Below are positions 47,864 to 57,790 of a DNA stretch of 64,000 bases, in pieces. Where the stretch lies: the IMG/VR virus record IMGVR_UViG_3300042389_000724, positions 31,390 through 95,389 of that record, one strand, 5' to 3'. The translations under genes and the position numbers were made by a program. Position 1 is the first letter of the stretch, and each line of letters opens with the position of its first letter. Source of the DNA: a virus. The notes under the pieces were generated by a model. It worked only from the letters and a program-made list of their open reading frames with translations, was not told where the DNA came from and made no database searches.

Positions 47864-48735
47864 TGTTCACAAACTTCTATAACGGTTCTATTCGCCGCAT
47901 GGTGGTTGCCTTCGGCTCCCTGTTCAATCAGATTTACATTGACAAGGCAGAGAGCAGTGGCACAAAGACCATGCTTGTGCCTATTTCGTATGCACCAAAG
48001 GAAAAGTACAAAGTTCGTCTCGCTGGCGATCCTTCGTTTCAAAATCCCAATCAGATCGTGCTGCCACGCATGGCGTTTGAGATAACTGGATATGTGTACG
48101 ATTCTGCTAGAAAGCGAAATAGTGTTTCGAAGAATGTGCTGCGACCGTCTGTGGAGAATCCTTCGGGGGTGGATTACACTTTTTCGGAAGTTCCATACAA
48201 CATAGATTTCGCTCTGTACATTTATGTTCGAAACATGGAAGACGGATTGCGAATCGTTGAGCAGATACTTCCTTTCTTCTCTCCTGAGTTTGTGGTTACT
48301 GTCAACTTTGACGATGTAAACAAAAAGATAGATGTTCCCATCTACTTGAATTCTGTTTCTTCCGAAGAAGACTATGAGGGAGATTTTGAGACTCGCCGCT
48401 CCATTATCTTTACTCTGAACTTCACGATGAAGACATATCTGTTTGGAGCAAAGAAGAACTACAAAGAAATTCGTGTGGTTCAAGCAGGGCTATGGAACTC
48501 TGATGTGTTCAATGATGATTTCGTTGGAGGTATTACCTACTATCCAGGAAGCACAACAGATGTTCCGAATTATGGAAATGTGATTACTGGTATTTCTGGA
48601 CCGAGCGGGGCTAGTTCTAATCTGAACAACTATAGCCCGTATGCCAAGGTGTATCAGAACGACCCTGGTGCGGGAGGCTCTACATACTCGGCAGGAATGA
48701 TTTCTGGTGGTATAACGGTCGATTGGGATATTTGA
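47863..48735 (+). CDS. gp15: Tail sheath stabiliser / tail terminator gp15
   Basis: FY...IRR.VVAFG.LFN, VPISYAPKEK, LPRMAFE, VPYN, QILPFF.P, DYEGDF..RR. Confidence 0.96.
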   Translation: MFTNFYNGSIRRMVVAFGSLFNQIYIDKAESSGTKTMLVPISYAPKEKYKVRLAGDPSFQNPNQIVLPRMAFEITGYVYDSARKRNSVSKNVLRPSVENPSGVDYTFSEVPYNIDFALYIYVRNMEDGLRIVEQILPFFSPEFVVTVNFDDVNKKIDVPIYLNSVSSEEDYEGDFETRRSIIFTLNFTMKTYLFGAKKNYKEIRVVQAGLWNSDVFNDDFVGGITYYPGSTTDVPNYGNVITGISGPSGASSNLNNYSPYAKVYQNDPGAGGSTYSAGMISGGITVDWDI

Positions 48736-48745
48736 GGAGTAGACC

Positions 48746-49240
48746 ATGAGCGGATTTGAAAATTTAGAAAAGGCTTTGGGAGCAGAGCCTAATAAGCCTG
48801 TCATTCCACCAAATGCAATAGTGGTTTCTGTAGATCCGATTCCGCTTACAGATGAAAAACTTGAGAAGGATCTCAAAACTGACTATGAGGTAGTCAGAGA
48901 AAATCTCAAAGAACTAGTGGACATGGGCAAGAACGCACTGGATGGTGTGATTCAGGTGGCACAAGAAGGCGATCAGCCCCGTGCTTATGAAGTGGTTGCA
49001 CAGATGATCAAGACTCTCTCTGAAACCAACCGCGAACTCATGGATCTCCACAATCGCGTGAAGACCATTCGCAAGATTGACCAAAGCGTTACAAACAACA
49101 CAACAACGAATCAGTCCATCTATGTGGGTTCCACGAAGGAACTACAGGATATCATCAACTCTGCCCGTTCTTCTACGAAGGCGTTTGACAATCGCCCCGA
49201 TGTTCGTGATGTGATCCAAGGTGACAAGAACAATGAGTAA
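48746..49240 (+). CDS. gp16: Terminase small subunit gp16
   Basis: DYE..R.NL..L...G..AL, PRAYEV....IK, TTN..IYVGST.ELQ. Confidence 0.93.
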   Translation: MSGFENLEKALGAEPNKPVIPPNAIVVSVDPIPLTDEKLEKDLKTDYEVVRENLKELVDMGKNALDGVIQVAQEGDQPRAYEVVAQMIKTLSETNRELMDLHNRVKTIRKIDQSVTNNTTTNQSIYVGSTKELQDIINSARSSTKAFDNRPDVRDVIQGDKNNE

Positions 49241-50903
49241 GAAAAGCACCAAGTACCTCGGCAACTCCAATCTCAAGGCAGCAGGCGTAAATGTAAACTT
49301 CTCTCCCGAACAGATTGAAGAATACATCAAGTGCGCCCAAGATCCGCTGTACTTCATCAAGAACTATGTGAAGATCGTGTCCCTTGACAAGGGCTTGGTG
49401 CCATTTGAGCCGTATGACTATCAGGAAAACATGATCCGCACCATTCACGAAAACCGCTTCGTGATCGGCAAACTGCCCCGCCAGACAGGTAAATCCACCA
49501 CGATCATCGCGTATCTGCTCCACTATGTGCTGTTCAATCAGAGTATGAGCGTTGCGATTCTTGCGAACAAACTGAACACAGCCCGCGAACTGCTTGGGCG
49601 ATTGCAGTTGGCATACGAGTATCTGCCCATGTGGTTGCAGCAGGGGGTGGTGGAGTGGAACAAGGGTTCCATTGTGTTGGAGAACGGCTCCAAGATTCTT
49701 GCCTCTGCCACATCATCGTCTGCGGTGCGTGGTGGATCGTTCAACTACATCTTCCTTGACGAGTTTGCGTATGTGCCGCAGAATGTCGCGGAAGAGTTCT
49801 TCTCGTCCGTGTACCCCACGATCACCAGTGGTCAAAGCACGAAGGTCACGATCATTTCAACGCCCAAGGGCTTGAATATGTTCTACCGCTTCTGGGTGAA
49901 TGCGAACAAGAAGCCAGGTGAAGAGGGCAAGAACGAGTATGTGCCGATGGAGGTGCATTGGAGCGATGTGCCTGGTCGTGACGACAAGTGGAAGGCACAG
50001 ACCATCGCCAACACCTCCGAGGAGCAGTTCCGCACCGAGTTTGAGTGCGAGTTCCTTGGCTCCATGCACACCCTTGTGCATCCTGAAAAACTTAAGTGCA
50101 TGGTGTACCGCACTCCCGAGTATTGGAACGGAGAGGGTCTGCGTGTGTATCAGAAGCCTGTTCCCGACCACAAATATGTGATTGTGGTTGACACAGCCCG
50201 TGGACAGGGACTGGACTATCACGCATTCTCGGTGGTGGATGTCACATCCATACCGTATCGGGTGGTGGCTACATTTAGAAATAATGAGATGCCGCCCATG
50301 TTGTATCCCAATGCCATCTACCCCATCTGCCGACAGTACAACAATGCGTACTGTCTGGTGGAGGTGAACGACATCGGGGGTCAGGTAGCCGACATTCTGC
50401 ACGATGAACTGGAGTATGACAACATCATCTATGTGTCCACTCAAGGACGCAAGGGACAGATAGTGAACGGCGGATTCGGCGGCAAGGGTGGAGCCATGAA
50501 GGGCGTGAAGACCTCTACTGCGGTGAAGCGCATCGGCTGCTCCATCCTGAAGAGCCTCATAGAAGACACCAAACTCATCGTAGAAGACTTCAACACGGTG
50601 GACGAGTTCTGCTCCTTTGTAGCCAAGGGTGACTCGTTTGAGGCAGAAGAAACCCACCATGACGATCTGGTGATGACTCTGGTGCTGTTTTCGTGGCTTA
50701 CCACACAGGCATATTTCAAATCTATCACAGGCAGCGACATCCGCAAAGACCTGTACGAGGAGCAAATGAAGAATTTGGAAGAAGAGATGACCCCCTTTGG
50801 ATTCGTGAATGACGGAAACGAGTACGAATCTTATACCGACAGGAGCGGAACCGCATGGAAAACGGGAAAGGGCGAAAACCTAGATATGGGGTGGAGTTTT
50901 TAA
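49233..50903 (+). CDS. gp17: Terminase large subunit gp17
   Basis: YLGN.NLK, Walker A KLPRQTGKST, Walker B IFLDEFA, ISTPKG.N.FY, VD.ARG...DY, HDDLVM. Confidence 0.98.
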   Translation: MSKKSTKYLGNSNLKAAGVNVNFSPEQIEEYIKCAQDPLYFIKNYVKIVSLDKGLVPFEPYDYQENMIRTIHENRFVIGKLPRQTGKSTTIIAYLLHYVLFNQSMSVAILANKLNTARELLGRLQLAYEYLPMWLQQGVVEWNKGSIVLENGSKILASATSSSAVRGGSFNYIFLDEFAYVPQNVAEEFFSSVYPTITSGQSTKVTIISTPKGLNMFYRFWVNANKKPGEEGKNEYVPMEVHWSDVPGRDDKWKAQTIANTSEEQFRTEFECEFLGSMHTLVHPEKLKCMVYRTPEYWNGEGLRVYQKPVPDHKYVIVVDTARGQGLDYHAFSVVDVTSIPYRVVATFRNNEMPPMLYPNAIYPICRQYNNAYCLVEVNDIGGQVADILHDELEYDNIIYVSTQGRKGQIVNGGFGGKGGAMKGVKTSTAVKRIGCSILKSLIEDTKLIVEDFNTVDEFCSFVAKGDSFEAEETHHDDLVMTLVLFSWLTTQAYFKSITGSDIRKDLYEEQMKNLEEEMTPFGFVNDGNEYESYTDRSGTAWKTGKGENLDMGWSF

Positions 50904-50988
50904 TCCATTCGTGAACCCTTCAAAATAATACATACACAGAGAAGCGCAGTCATACAGGCATTGACTTCTTCACGAAGGAGAGACAAAA

Positions 50989-53025
50989 ATGGCATTTAGA
51001 GTAAGCCCAGGCGTAAGCATCAAAGAAGTAGATCTGACCACAATCGTCCCTGCTGTAGCCACAACTCCAGGCGGGTTTGCTGGCTATTTCCATTGGGGAC
51101 CAGTGGAGCAAATGGTGACTGTCACCAATGAAAAAGAATTGGCTGACATCTTTGGCAAGCCAACCAACACCAACTTTGTAGATTTCTACACTCCAGCAAA
51201 CTTCCTGTCCTACGGGAACAACTGCCAAGTCGTTCGTGTTGTCGGTTCCACTGCTGCAAACTCTCAGGCAACAAAAGCAGGAGTGACTGCTTATCTTTCC
51301 GTTACTTTCAACAACGAAGTTCAGTTCAACCAAGTTAATTCTAGTTACACCGATGCACAGTTTGCAGGAAAATATCCTGGAGTCAAGGGTAATTCCATCA
51401 AGGTTGTTCTTACAACAGGAACTGGAATTTGTGGTGGGCAGACTCTCGCGGCTGCTGCTCCGCTTGGAGCAACATTCATTAATATGCAACTCGGTAGTGC
51501 ATCAGATGTTCGCTATCTGGCTGTTGGTGATGACATCATTTTCCACGATGGAACCACGGTAACAATTAATGGTGTTCAGAAAGCAAATTCTGGTGCAACT
51601 CCCACTGCAACTGTGCAGCCAGTGTTCGGAGATTTCTTTGGTGTTACGAGTGGAATGACTGGCGTTGGATCGGGAACTTCTGCGCTTCGTCTGGTTATTG
51701 ATGGTTATCTTCCAGTTGCTCAAGCAGTCGGAATGACATTCTCCATCAAGAGCCGTTACGCCAAACTCGTTTCTACGAACTCTCAGACAACCGCAAATGT
51801 TGCTGACAGCGGCGGTGCGAATGATCTGATCAATGTGCTTGTTCTTGACCGAGACGGGTCTTGGACTGGAACACAGAACCAAGTTCTTGAAAAGTTTGAA
51901 GCCCTGTCTCGTGCAACAGATGCAACGAAGACCGATGGTGGAAGTAATTACTATAGAACAGTTCTGAACGAGCAGTCCGATTATGTTTGGGCTGTTAGTG
52001 CCGATGTGAACAACAACACTGCTGGAAATAAGACCAAGACAGATTGGACTTTGCCAGGAATCGGACTATCGACTACTTCGGCAGTTGGTCACCTTGTGTC
52101 TAGCATTGGCTTGACTGGTGGTGCAGATGCGGCTCCAGACAACGCTCGCCGTTGGCAGAAAGGTTGGAGTATGTTTGCTGATTCTGACGGAGTAGATGTT
52201 TCTCTTCTTCCGCTCGGTGATGCAGACGAAGTTCTTTCGGCTCTCGTCATTCAGAATGTGTGCGAACGCCGTCTTGACTGCATGGCATTTGCTTCTCCCA
52301 AGAAGACAAATGTTGAAAACAAGATGCCGTATGAAGCACTGAACGAGATCAAGAACTATCGCAACAACAGTCTGAACATCAACTCGTCCTACGCAGTTCT
52401 TGACAGCGGTTGGAAGTATCAGTTGGACACATACAACAACATCGTTCGCGCTCTGCCTCTGAACGGAGACATTGCTGGTCTGGTTGCTCGCACAGAGTTT
52501 ACCAATGACGCTTGGTTCTCGCCTGCGGGATACAATCGTGGTCAGATCAAGAATGTTGTCAAACTTCTGTACAATCCCTCGGCAGAGGCTCACCGTGACG
52601 AACTGTATACTGCTCAGGTAAATCCAGTGGTATCTTTCCCAGGTGACGGAGTAATCCTGTTTGGTGACAAGACCATGCAGACTCGTCCGAGTTCGTTTGA
52701 CCGCATCAATGTTCGTCGTCTGTTCATCGTGCTTGAGAAGGCGATTGCAACAGCCGCCAAGTTCTTCTTGTTCGAGCAGAACGATGCGTTCACTCGCGCT
52801 CAGTTCAAGAACCTTGTTGTTCCGTTCCTCAAGACGGTTCAACAGCGTAGAGGCATCACTGACTTCAAGGTGGTGTGCGACGAAACCAACAACACAGGTG
52901 AAGTAATTGATCGCAACGAGTTTGTGGCGGATATCTTTGTGAAGCCCACTCGCAGCATCAACTTCATCCAGTTGAACTTTGTTGCCACAAAGACAGGCGT
53001 AAACTTCAGCGAAGTCGGTGGCTGA
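50989..53025 (+). CDS. gp18: Tail sheath protein gp18
   Basis: SPGV.IKEVDLT, WGP, NFLSYG, WFSPAG.NRG, GDKT, FDRINVRRLF, FEQND.FTR, KP.RSINFI.LNFVAT; ATACATA at 50928-50934. Confidence 0.98.
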   Translation: MAFRVSPGVSIKEVDLTTIVPAVATTPGGFAGYFHWGPVEQMVTVTNEKELADIFGKPTNTNFVDFYTPANFLSYGNNCQVVRVVGSTAANSQATKAGVTAYLSVTFNNEVQFNQVNSSYTDAQFAGKYPGVKGNSIKVVLTTGTGICGGQTLAAAAPLGATFINMQLGSASDVRYLAVGDDIIFHDGTTVTINGVQKANSGATPTATVQPVFGDFFGVTSGMTGVGSGTSALRLVIDGYLPVAQAVGMTFSIKSRYAKLVSTNSQTTANVADSGGANDLINVLVLDRDGSWTGTQNQVLEKFEALSRATDATKTDGGSNYYRTVLNEQSDYVWAVSADVNNNTAGNKTKTDWTLPGIGLSTTSAVGHLVSSIGLTGGADAAPDNARRWQKGWSMFADSDGVDVSLLPLGDADEVLSALVIQNVCERRLDCMAFASPKKTNVENKMPYEALNEIKNYRNNSLNINSSYAVLDSGWKYQLDTYNNIVRALPLNGDIAGLVARTEFTNDAWFSPAGYNRGQIKNVVKLLYNPSAEAHRDELYTAQVNPVVSFPGDGVILFGDKTMQTRPSSFDRINVRRLFIVLEKAIATAAKFFLFEQNDAFTRAQFKNLVVPFLKTVQQRRGITDFKVVCDETNNTGEVIDRNEFVADIFVKPTRSINFIQLNFVATKTGVNFSEVGG

Positions 53026-53053
53026 TCGTCTAAATAAGACTAAGGAGTAATCC

Positions 53054-53665
53054 ATGCCAGTAGATCCTACAAACAATATTTCAGGATTTGTAAACGCCTT
53101 CGCTGGCGGTGGTGTACGCACGAATCTGTTCATGGTCACGGGAAACATCCCTGGCTATTCAAACAATCGTGCCATCTCGTTCCTGTGCAAGGCTGCACAG
53201 ATTCCCGCTTCCTCGCTAGGAACTGTTGAAGTTCCCTATCGTGGTCGCCGCATCAAGTTGCCTGGTGATCGCACATTCCAAGACTGGACGATCACCGTTA
53301 TCTCTGATGCAAATCTCAGTCTTCGTTCAGGTTTTGAGTATTGGAGTTCAATCTTCAATTCCCATGTTGGAAATGTTGCATCAAACAACTTCATGCAGTT
53401 CATGCCCACATGGTCGGTGACGCAACTTTTCCGTGATGGCGAACCAATGCGTACCTACAACTTCATCGGTTGCTTCCCGAGTGAAGTGGGTGCTATTGAT
53501 CTCTCATACGAGAACAACGACAGCATTGCCGAGTTCCCCGTTACACTGAATTATTCTTGGTGGGAAGCCGCTCCTGGAGCCGCTGTTCCTGCCACTGGAA
53601 CTGGTCAGGAGAATATCCAAGCCTTGTTGCAGCAGGCTGGCATCAATATTGGTTCGGGCTTCTAA
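53054..53665 (+). CDS. gp19: Tail tube protein gp19
   Basis: GGG.R.NLF.V, FLCKAAQIPAS.LG..EVPYRGR.IK.PGDRTF..WT.T, FP..VG.IDLS; CTAAATA at 53030-53036. Confidence 0.97.
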   Translation: MPVDPTNNISGFVNAFAGGGVRTNLFMVTGNIPGYSNNRAISFLCKAAQIPASSLGTVEVPYRGRRIKLPGDRTFQDWTITVISDANLSLRSGFEYWSSIFNSHVGNVASNNFMQFMPTWSVTQLFRDGEPMRTYNFIGCFPSEVGAIDLSYENNDSIAEFPVTLNYSWWEAAPGAAVPATGTGQENIQALLQQAGINIGSGF

Positions 53666-53692
53666 GCCCATTTTTGACAGGATTCTTTATTC

Positions 53693-55339
53693 ATGGCAAT
53701 CAATCTATTTGGATTTTCTATTGGAAGGAAGGAGACTTCTTCGGAAGAATCGAAGAAGTCTCTATCCTTTGTTGCACCAGAGTATGATGATGGTGCTGTT
53801 CCGATAGAAGTTGGTGGTTATTTTGGAGCAGTAATAGATTTTGATGGAACGATAAAATCAGATATTGATCTGATGAAGAAGTATCGTGACATGGCTCTTC
53901 ACCCCGAGGTGGAGTCTGCAATCGCTGATATTTGTAATGAAGCGATTGTGTACGATGATACCTTTACCACAGTAAAGATAGACACCACAAATTTAAAGCA
54001 GTCCAAATCAATCAAGGACAAGATTGAGTCTGAATTTGAAGAGGTGCTTGGTCTTCTGGATTTTTCGCGGCGTGGTTATGAGATTTTTAGAAAGTGGTAC
54101 ATCGACAGTCGTTTGTACTATCACATTATAGTTGATGAGGGAAACAAGAAGCGTGGCATCAAAGAGTTGCGCCCTATTGATCCCACAAAAATTCGTAAAG
54201 TCAGGAAGATCACAAAAAAGCCACTAGAGAAAAATGCTCCTGCTGGTGTTCAAGTAGTAACATCGGTTGATGAGTTTTATATTTACAACGATCAAGAGCC
54301 TGCTTCATCGGCTCTTTCGATGCAGGGGCTGAAAATAAATCCTGATGCCATCTGCTTTGTCCATAGCGGACTGTTTGACGGCTACCACAAGAAGATCATT
54401 GGCTATCTGCACAAGGCTATCAAGGCACTGAACCAACTCCGCATGATTGAGGACGCTGTGGTGATCTACCGCATCACCCGCGCCCCCGAGCGGCGCGTGT
54501 TCTATGTGGATGTCGGAAACCTGCCTAAGCAGAAAGCAGAGGAATATGTTCGCGGCTTGATGCAGCGGTATCGCAACAAGTTGATGTACGATCCTAACAC
54601 TGGCGAGGTGCAGGACTCGCGCAAGCATATGTCCATGCTTGAGGATTTCTGGATGCCACGGCGCGAAGGCGGTCGCGGCACGGAGATTCAGACGCTTGAG
54701 GCAGGACAGAACCTGTCCGAGATGGATGATGTCAAGTACTTTCAGAAGAAACTGTTTCAATCTCTCAATGTTCCCGCCTCGCGGCTTGAGGAAACCACAG
54801 GTTTCAATCTAGGCAAGGCTTCTGAGATTTCACGCGATGAGGTAAAGTTCTTCAAATTCGTGGAACGCCTACGCATGAAGTTCTCTGAACTGTTCCTTGA
54901 ACTGTTGCGTGTGCAGTTGATTTTGAAGAATGTGATCAAAGAAGATGAGTGGGACGAGATTGAAGACCGCCTTGCCTTCAAGTTTGCGAAGGATTCACAT
55001 TTCTCCGAACTGAAGGAGAGCGAGATTCTGAAGGATCGCTTGCAGAGCGCACGGGACGCAGAGGATTTCGTTGGAAAGTACTACTCCCGCGAGTGGGTAC
55101 GCAAGAAGATCCTGCGTCAGACCGAGGACGATGTAGAGCAGATCGACAAGCAGATTGCTGCCGAAGAAAAGGCTGGCATCCTTATGCCGCCTGGTCAGGA
55201 CATGGGCATGGGTCAACCCATGCCAGGCGAACCACAGCCTGCTCCCGCTCCTGCTCCCGCTAGCAGTGGGGGTGGTGAACAGCCACAGGTAACGATAGGT
55301 GAAATCGTCCCTGCGGATGAGGAAGACTTGAACGATTGA
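53693..55339 (+). CDS. gp20: Portal protein gp20
   Basis: LFGFSI, YR.MA.HPEV..AI, WYID.RL, YLHKAIK..NQLRM.EDA.VIYR..RAPERR.FY.DVGNLPK.KAE, EDFW.PRREGGRGTEI. Confidence 0.98.
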   Translation: MAINLFGFSIGRKETSSEESKKSLSFVAPEYDDGAVPIEVGGYFGAVIDFDGTIKSDIDLMKKYRDMALHPEVESAIADICNEAIVYDDTFTTVKIDTTNLKQSKSIKDKIESEFEEVLGLLDFSRRGYEIFRKWYIDSRLYYHIIVDEGNKKRGIKELRPIDPTKIRKVRKITKKPLEKNAPAGVQVVTSVDEFYIYNDQEPASSALSMQGLKINPDAICFVHSGLFDGYHKKIIGYLHKAIKALNQLRMIEDAVVIYRITRAPERRVFYVDVGNLPKQKAEEYVRGLMQRYRNKLMYDPNTGEVQDSRKHMSMLEDFWMPRREGGRGTEIQTLEAGQNLSEMDDVKYFQKKLFQSLNVPASRLEETTGFNLGKASEISRDEVKFFKFVERLRMKFSELFLELLRVQLILKNVIKEDEWDEIEDRLAFKFAKDSHFSELKESEILKDRLQSARDAEDFVGKYYSREWVRKKILRQTEDDVEQIDKQIAAEEKAGILMPPGQDMGMGQPMPGEPQPAPAPAPASSGGGEQPQVTIGEIVPADEEDLND

Positions 55340-55349
55340 GGGGTACATC

Positions 55350-55514
55350 ATGCTACAGTCATATGAAGAATTCAAATCCGCAGTCACCGCCGCCTTGATG
55401 GACAAGGTTGCTCAACGGATTGAAGCAGAAAAAGAGCATATTTCAAATCAACTGCTTCATAGATCGGCAGCGGAATCCGAAGAACAATCCCAGTCAAACG
55501 CAGATGAAAACTAA
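55350..55514 (+). CDS. Small prohead core protein (gp67-like; not in ORF track)
   Basis: Manual translation MLQSYEEFKSAVTAALMDKVAQRIEAEKEHISNQLL...; GAGG SD; sits between portal and protease, the gp67 position. Confidence 0.7.
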   Translation: MLQSYEEFKSAVTAALMDKVAQRIEAEKEHISNQLLHRSAAESEEQSQSNADEN

Positions 55515-55541
55515 ATAATCGTGTCTGTAAAAGGAGAACAC

Positions 55542-55850
55542 ATGGATACCCACAAAAAGATTGCAAAGGCACTCGTCAACAAGAGTTTTGCTGAAGCCAA
55601 GGAACTGGTCTTCAAGTCGCTGTACGCCAAGGCATCACTCGCTCTTGACGAGGCTCGTTTTGCTGTGGCTAATGCTGTGTTCAATGAAGCCACCGAGCAG
55701 TTGGATGAAGTGTCTCCCCCTGATATGGAAAAGATGACAGGCTCTAAGAAGACCAAGGCTTCGTTTGCCAAGCAGTACGGCAAGCGCGGCAAGAGCGTCA
55801 TGTACGCCACCGCTTGGAAACTACACAATAAGAAGGCGGGCAAGGACTAA
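55542..55850 (+). CDS. Prohead core protein (gp67/gp68-like)
   Basis: AAGGAG SD, CTAAATA at 55511-55517; AK......L..K....L..ARF.VA..VF N-terminus and F.KQYG.RGKSVMYATAWK C-terminus. Confidence 0.7.
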   Translation: MDTHKKIAKALVNKSFAEAKELVFKSLYAKASLALDEARFAVANAVFNEATEQLDEVSPPDMEKMTGSKKTKASFAKQYGKRGKSVMYATAWKLHNKKAGKD

Positions 55851-56491
55851 TGAAACTCATTACCGAAACAGTTCAGGACATCAACATTCTGACCGAAACC
55901 AAAGACGGTCAGAAGCACTACTTCATTGAAGGCGTATTCATGCAGGCTGAAGCGAAGAATCGCAACGGTCGCGTGTACCCAATGGCTGTGATGGAGAAGG
56001 AACTCGGTCGGTATCAGAACGAATATGTGAAGACGAACCGCGCTATGGGAGAACTCGGTCACCCCGAAGGTCCGACCGTGAACCTTGAGCGCGTTTCCCA
56101 CCTTATCAAGGACTTGCGCCTTGAAGGTAACGATGTGTACGGCAAAGCCAAGATTCTTGACACTCCCTACGGCAAGATTGTCCGCAACCTCATTGACGAG
56201 GGCGTGAAACTGGGCGTTTCGTCCCGTGGCATGGGCAGTCTGAAGGAGCAGGACGGGGTAAATGTCGTGCAGGAAGACTTCATGCTCGCTGCGGTGGATG
56301 TGGTCGCTGATCCGTCTGCACCCAACGCTTTTGTCAACGGCATCATGGAAGGACGGGAATGGATTTGGGACGGTGGCGTTCTGAAGCCCGTGGAAGTGGA
56401 AAATTACAAGCGTATCATTGAGAAGACTTCCTCCAAAAATTTGGAGGAGCAGGCAATGAAACTGTTCAAGGATTTCATTTCAAAACTCTGA
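55850..56491 (+). CDS. gp21: Prohead protease gp21
   Basis: MKLITE, IEGVFMQ...KNRNGRVYP, GELGHP.GP, GVSSRG.GS, D.VADPSAP.AFV.GIME. Confidence 0.98.
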   Translation: MKLITETVQDINILTETKDGQKHYFIEGVFMQAEAKNRNGRVYPMAVMEKELGRYQNEYVKTNRAMGELGHPEGPTVNLERVSHLIKDLRLEGNDVYGKAKILDTPYGKIVRNLIDEGVKLGVSSRGMGSLKEQDGVNVVQEDFMLAAVDVVADPSAPNAFVNGIMEGREWIWDGGVLKPVEVENYKRIIEKTSSKNLEEQAMKLFKDFISKL

Positions 56492-56527
56492 CGGTTCTAC
56501 ATATTTCCTAGAAGGAGACTCACAGTC

Positions 56528-57745
56528 ATGGCTAACGAAAAGATCGAAGATGTCATCAAGAAGGTAATCCTGGGCGAAGGCTTCCTCGCGGAGAACGCCG
56601 AGGAGCAGAACATCCCCGAGGGCGACGAGGACACCTCCGATGAGGATGCCATCGCTGAGGAGGAAGTCTACGAGGACGCAGAAGAAATCGTAGAGGAAGA
56701 AGAACTCGAAGAAGCCAAGGACGAAGAGTCCGAGGAAGAAGACGAGGACGAGGAAGAAGAGGAAGAGGAAGAAGAGGAAGAAGAGGACTCCAAGGGCAAG
56801 AAGAAGATGCCCGCCTTCCTGAAGGGCAAGTTCGGTAAGAAGAAGGAGAAGGTTGAAGAATCCGCCTCCGACTACGCTTCCGAGAAGATGTACAAGACTG
56901 CCAACGGCAAGACCGCGCAGATTGCCGAGCCAACTGGCGATGCCAGCGGCAAGAACAAGGGAACCATCAAGGCGAAGCCATCGGCTGCGAAGGCTGAAAC
57001 CAAGATTCCAGAAGTCAAGCCCACCGTAAAGGAGGACATTGCTGTTCTTCTCAGCGGTCAGGAACTCTCTGAAGAGTTCAAGACTTCTGCTGCTACCCTC
57101 TTTGAGGCTCACCTGAACGAGCGCGCTCGTCAGATTGAGGAAGAGGTTCAGGCGAAGTACGAGGATCTGCTTGAGCAGCACACCGTTGCTGTTACAGAAG
57201 AACTCGTTGAGCGCATTGACGAGTATCTGAACTATGTGGTTGAGGAGTGGATGCAGGAGAATCGCCTTGCCGTTGAGCAGGGACTCCGCACTGAGATCAC
57301 CGAGAACTTCATCACGAACCTCCGTGGACTCTTTGCCGAGTCATACATTGAGGTTCCCGAAGAGAAACTTGACCTCTTTGAGTCCACCGTTGAGCAGGCG
57401 GAAGCCCTTGACGGCGAACTTCAGGAGCAGGTTGACAAGAACATCGAACTGGCTGAAGAAGTTGAGCAGTTGAAGTGCGAGATCGTTTTCCGCGAGATCG
57501 CAGAAGGTCTAACCGACACCGACAGCGAGAAACTTCGCCGTCTTGCCGAAGACCTTGAGTTCGATACCGTAGAGCAATTTGCCGAGAAGTTGGGTGTTCT
57601 CCGTGAGAACATCGAAACCATCGGCAACACCGTCACCGAGGGAGAAGCCGAAGAAGAGTCCCTAGAGGAATCTTTCGAGGACGCTTCCGAGGCTTCCCCA
57701 CTCGTTGAGGCATATGTGCGCTCAATGAGTAAGTCACGAGAGTAA
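56528..57745 (+). CDS. gp22: Prohead scaffold protein gp22
   Basis: Acidic N-terminus, LSEEFK..A.TLFEA, YLNYV.EEW..EN..A, F.E.YI.VP; CTACATA at 56497-56503. Confidence 0.95.
   Translation: MANEKIEDVIKKVILGEGFLAENAEEQNIPEGDEDTSDEDAIAEEEVYEDAEEIVEEEELEEAKDEESEEEDEDEEEEEEEEEEEEDSKGKKKMPAFLKGKFGKKKEKVEESASDYASEKMYKTANGKTAQIAEPTGDASGKNKGTIKAKPSAAKAETKIPEVKPTVKEDIAVLLSGQELSEEFKTSAATLFEAHLNERARQIEEEVQAKYEDLLEQHTVAVTEELVERIDEYLNYVVEEWMQENRLAVEQGLRTEITENFITNLRGLFAESYIEVPEEKLDLFESTVEQAEALDGELQEQVDKNIELAEEVEQLKCEIVFREIAEGLTDTDSEKLRRLAEDLEFDTVEQFAEKLGVLRENIETIGNTVTEGEAEEESLEESFEDASEASPLVEAYVRSMSKSRE
56687..56787 (+). repeat. Low-complexity GAA/GAG/GAC repeat encoding a poly-Glu/Asp tract in gp22
   Basis: EEEELEEAKDEESEEEDEDEEEEEEEEEEEED. 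Confidence 0.8.
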
Positions 57746-57790
57746 TATTCAGTCAATAGACTGTTAACACATTTCAAGGAGATAGAGAAC

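Noticed and set aside
49857-53148. Long antisense ORFs (e.g. 49857-50765, 52066-53148; also 47036-47788, 56480-57181, 57806-58480, 5752-6432)
   Set aside because: They lie opposite well-conserved genes, have no recognisable motifs or SD, and are explained by codon bias of the sense genes.
56687-56787. GAA/GAG repeat as a CRISPR or regulatory array
   Set aside because: It is an in-frame acidic tract of the scaffold protein, with no repeat-spacer structure.
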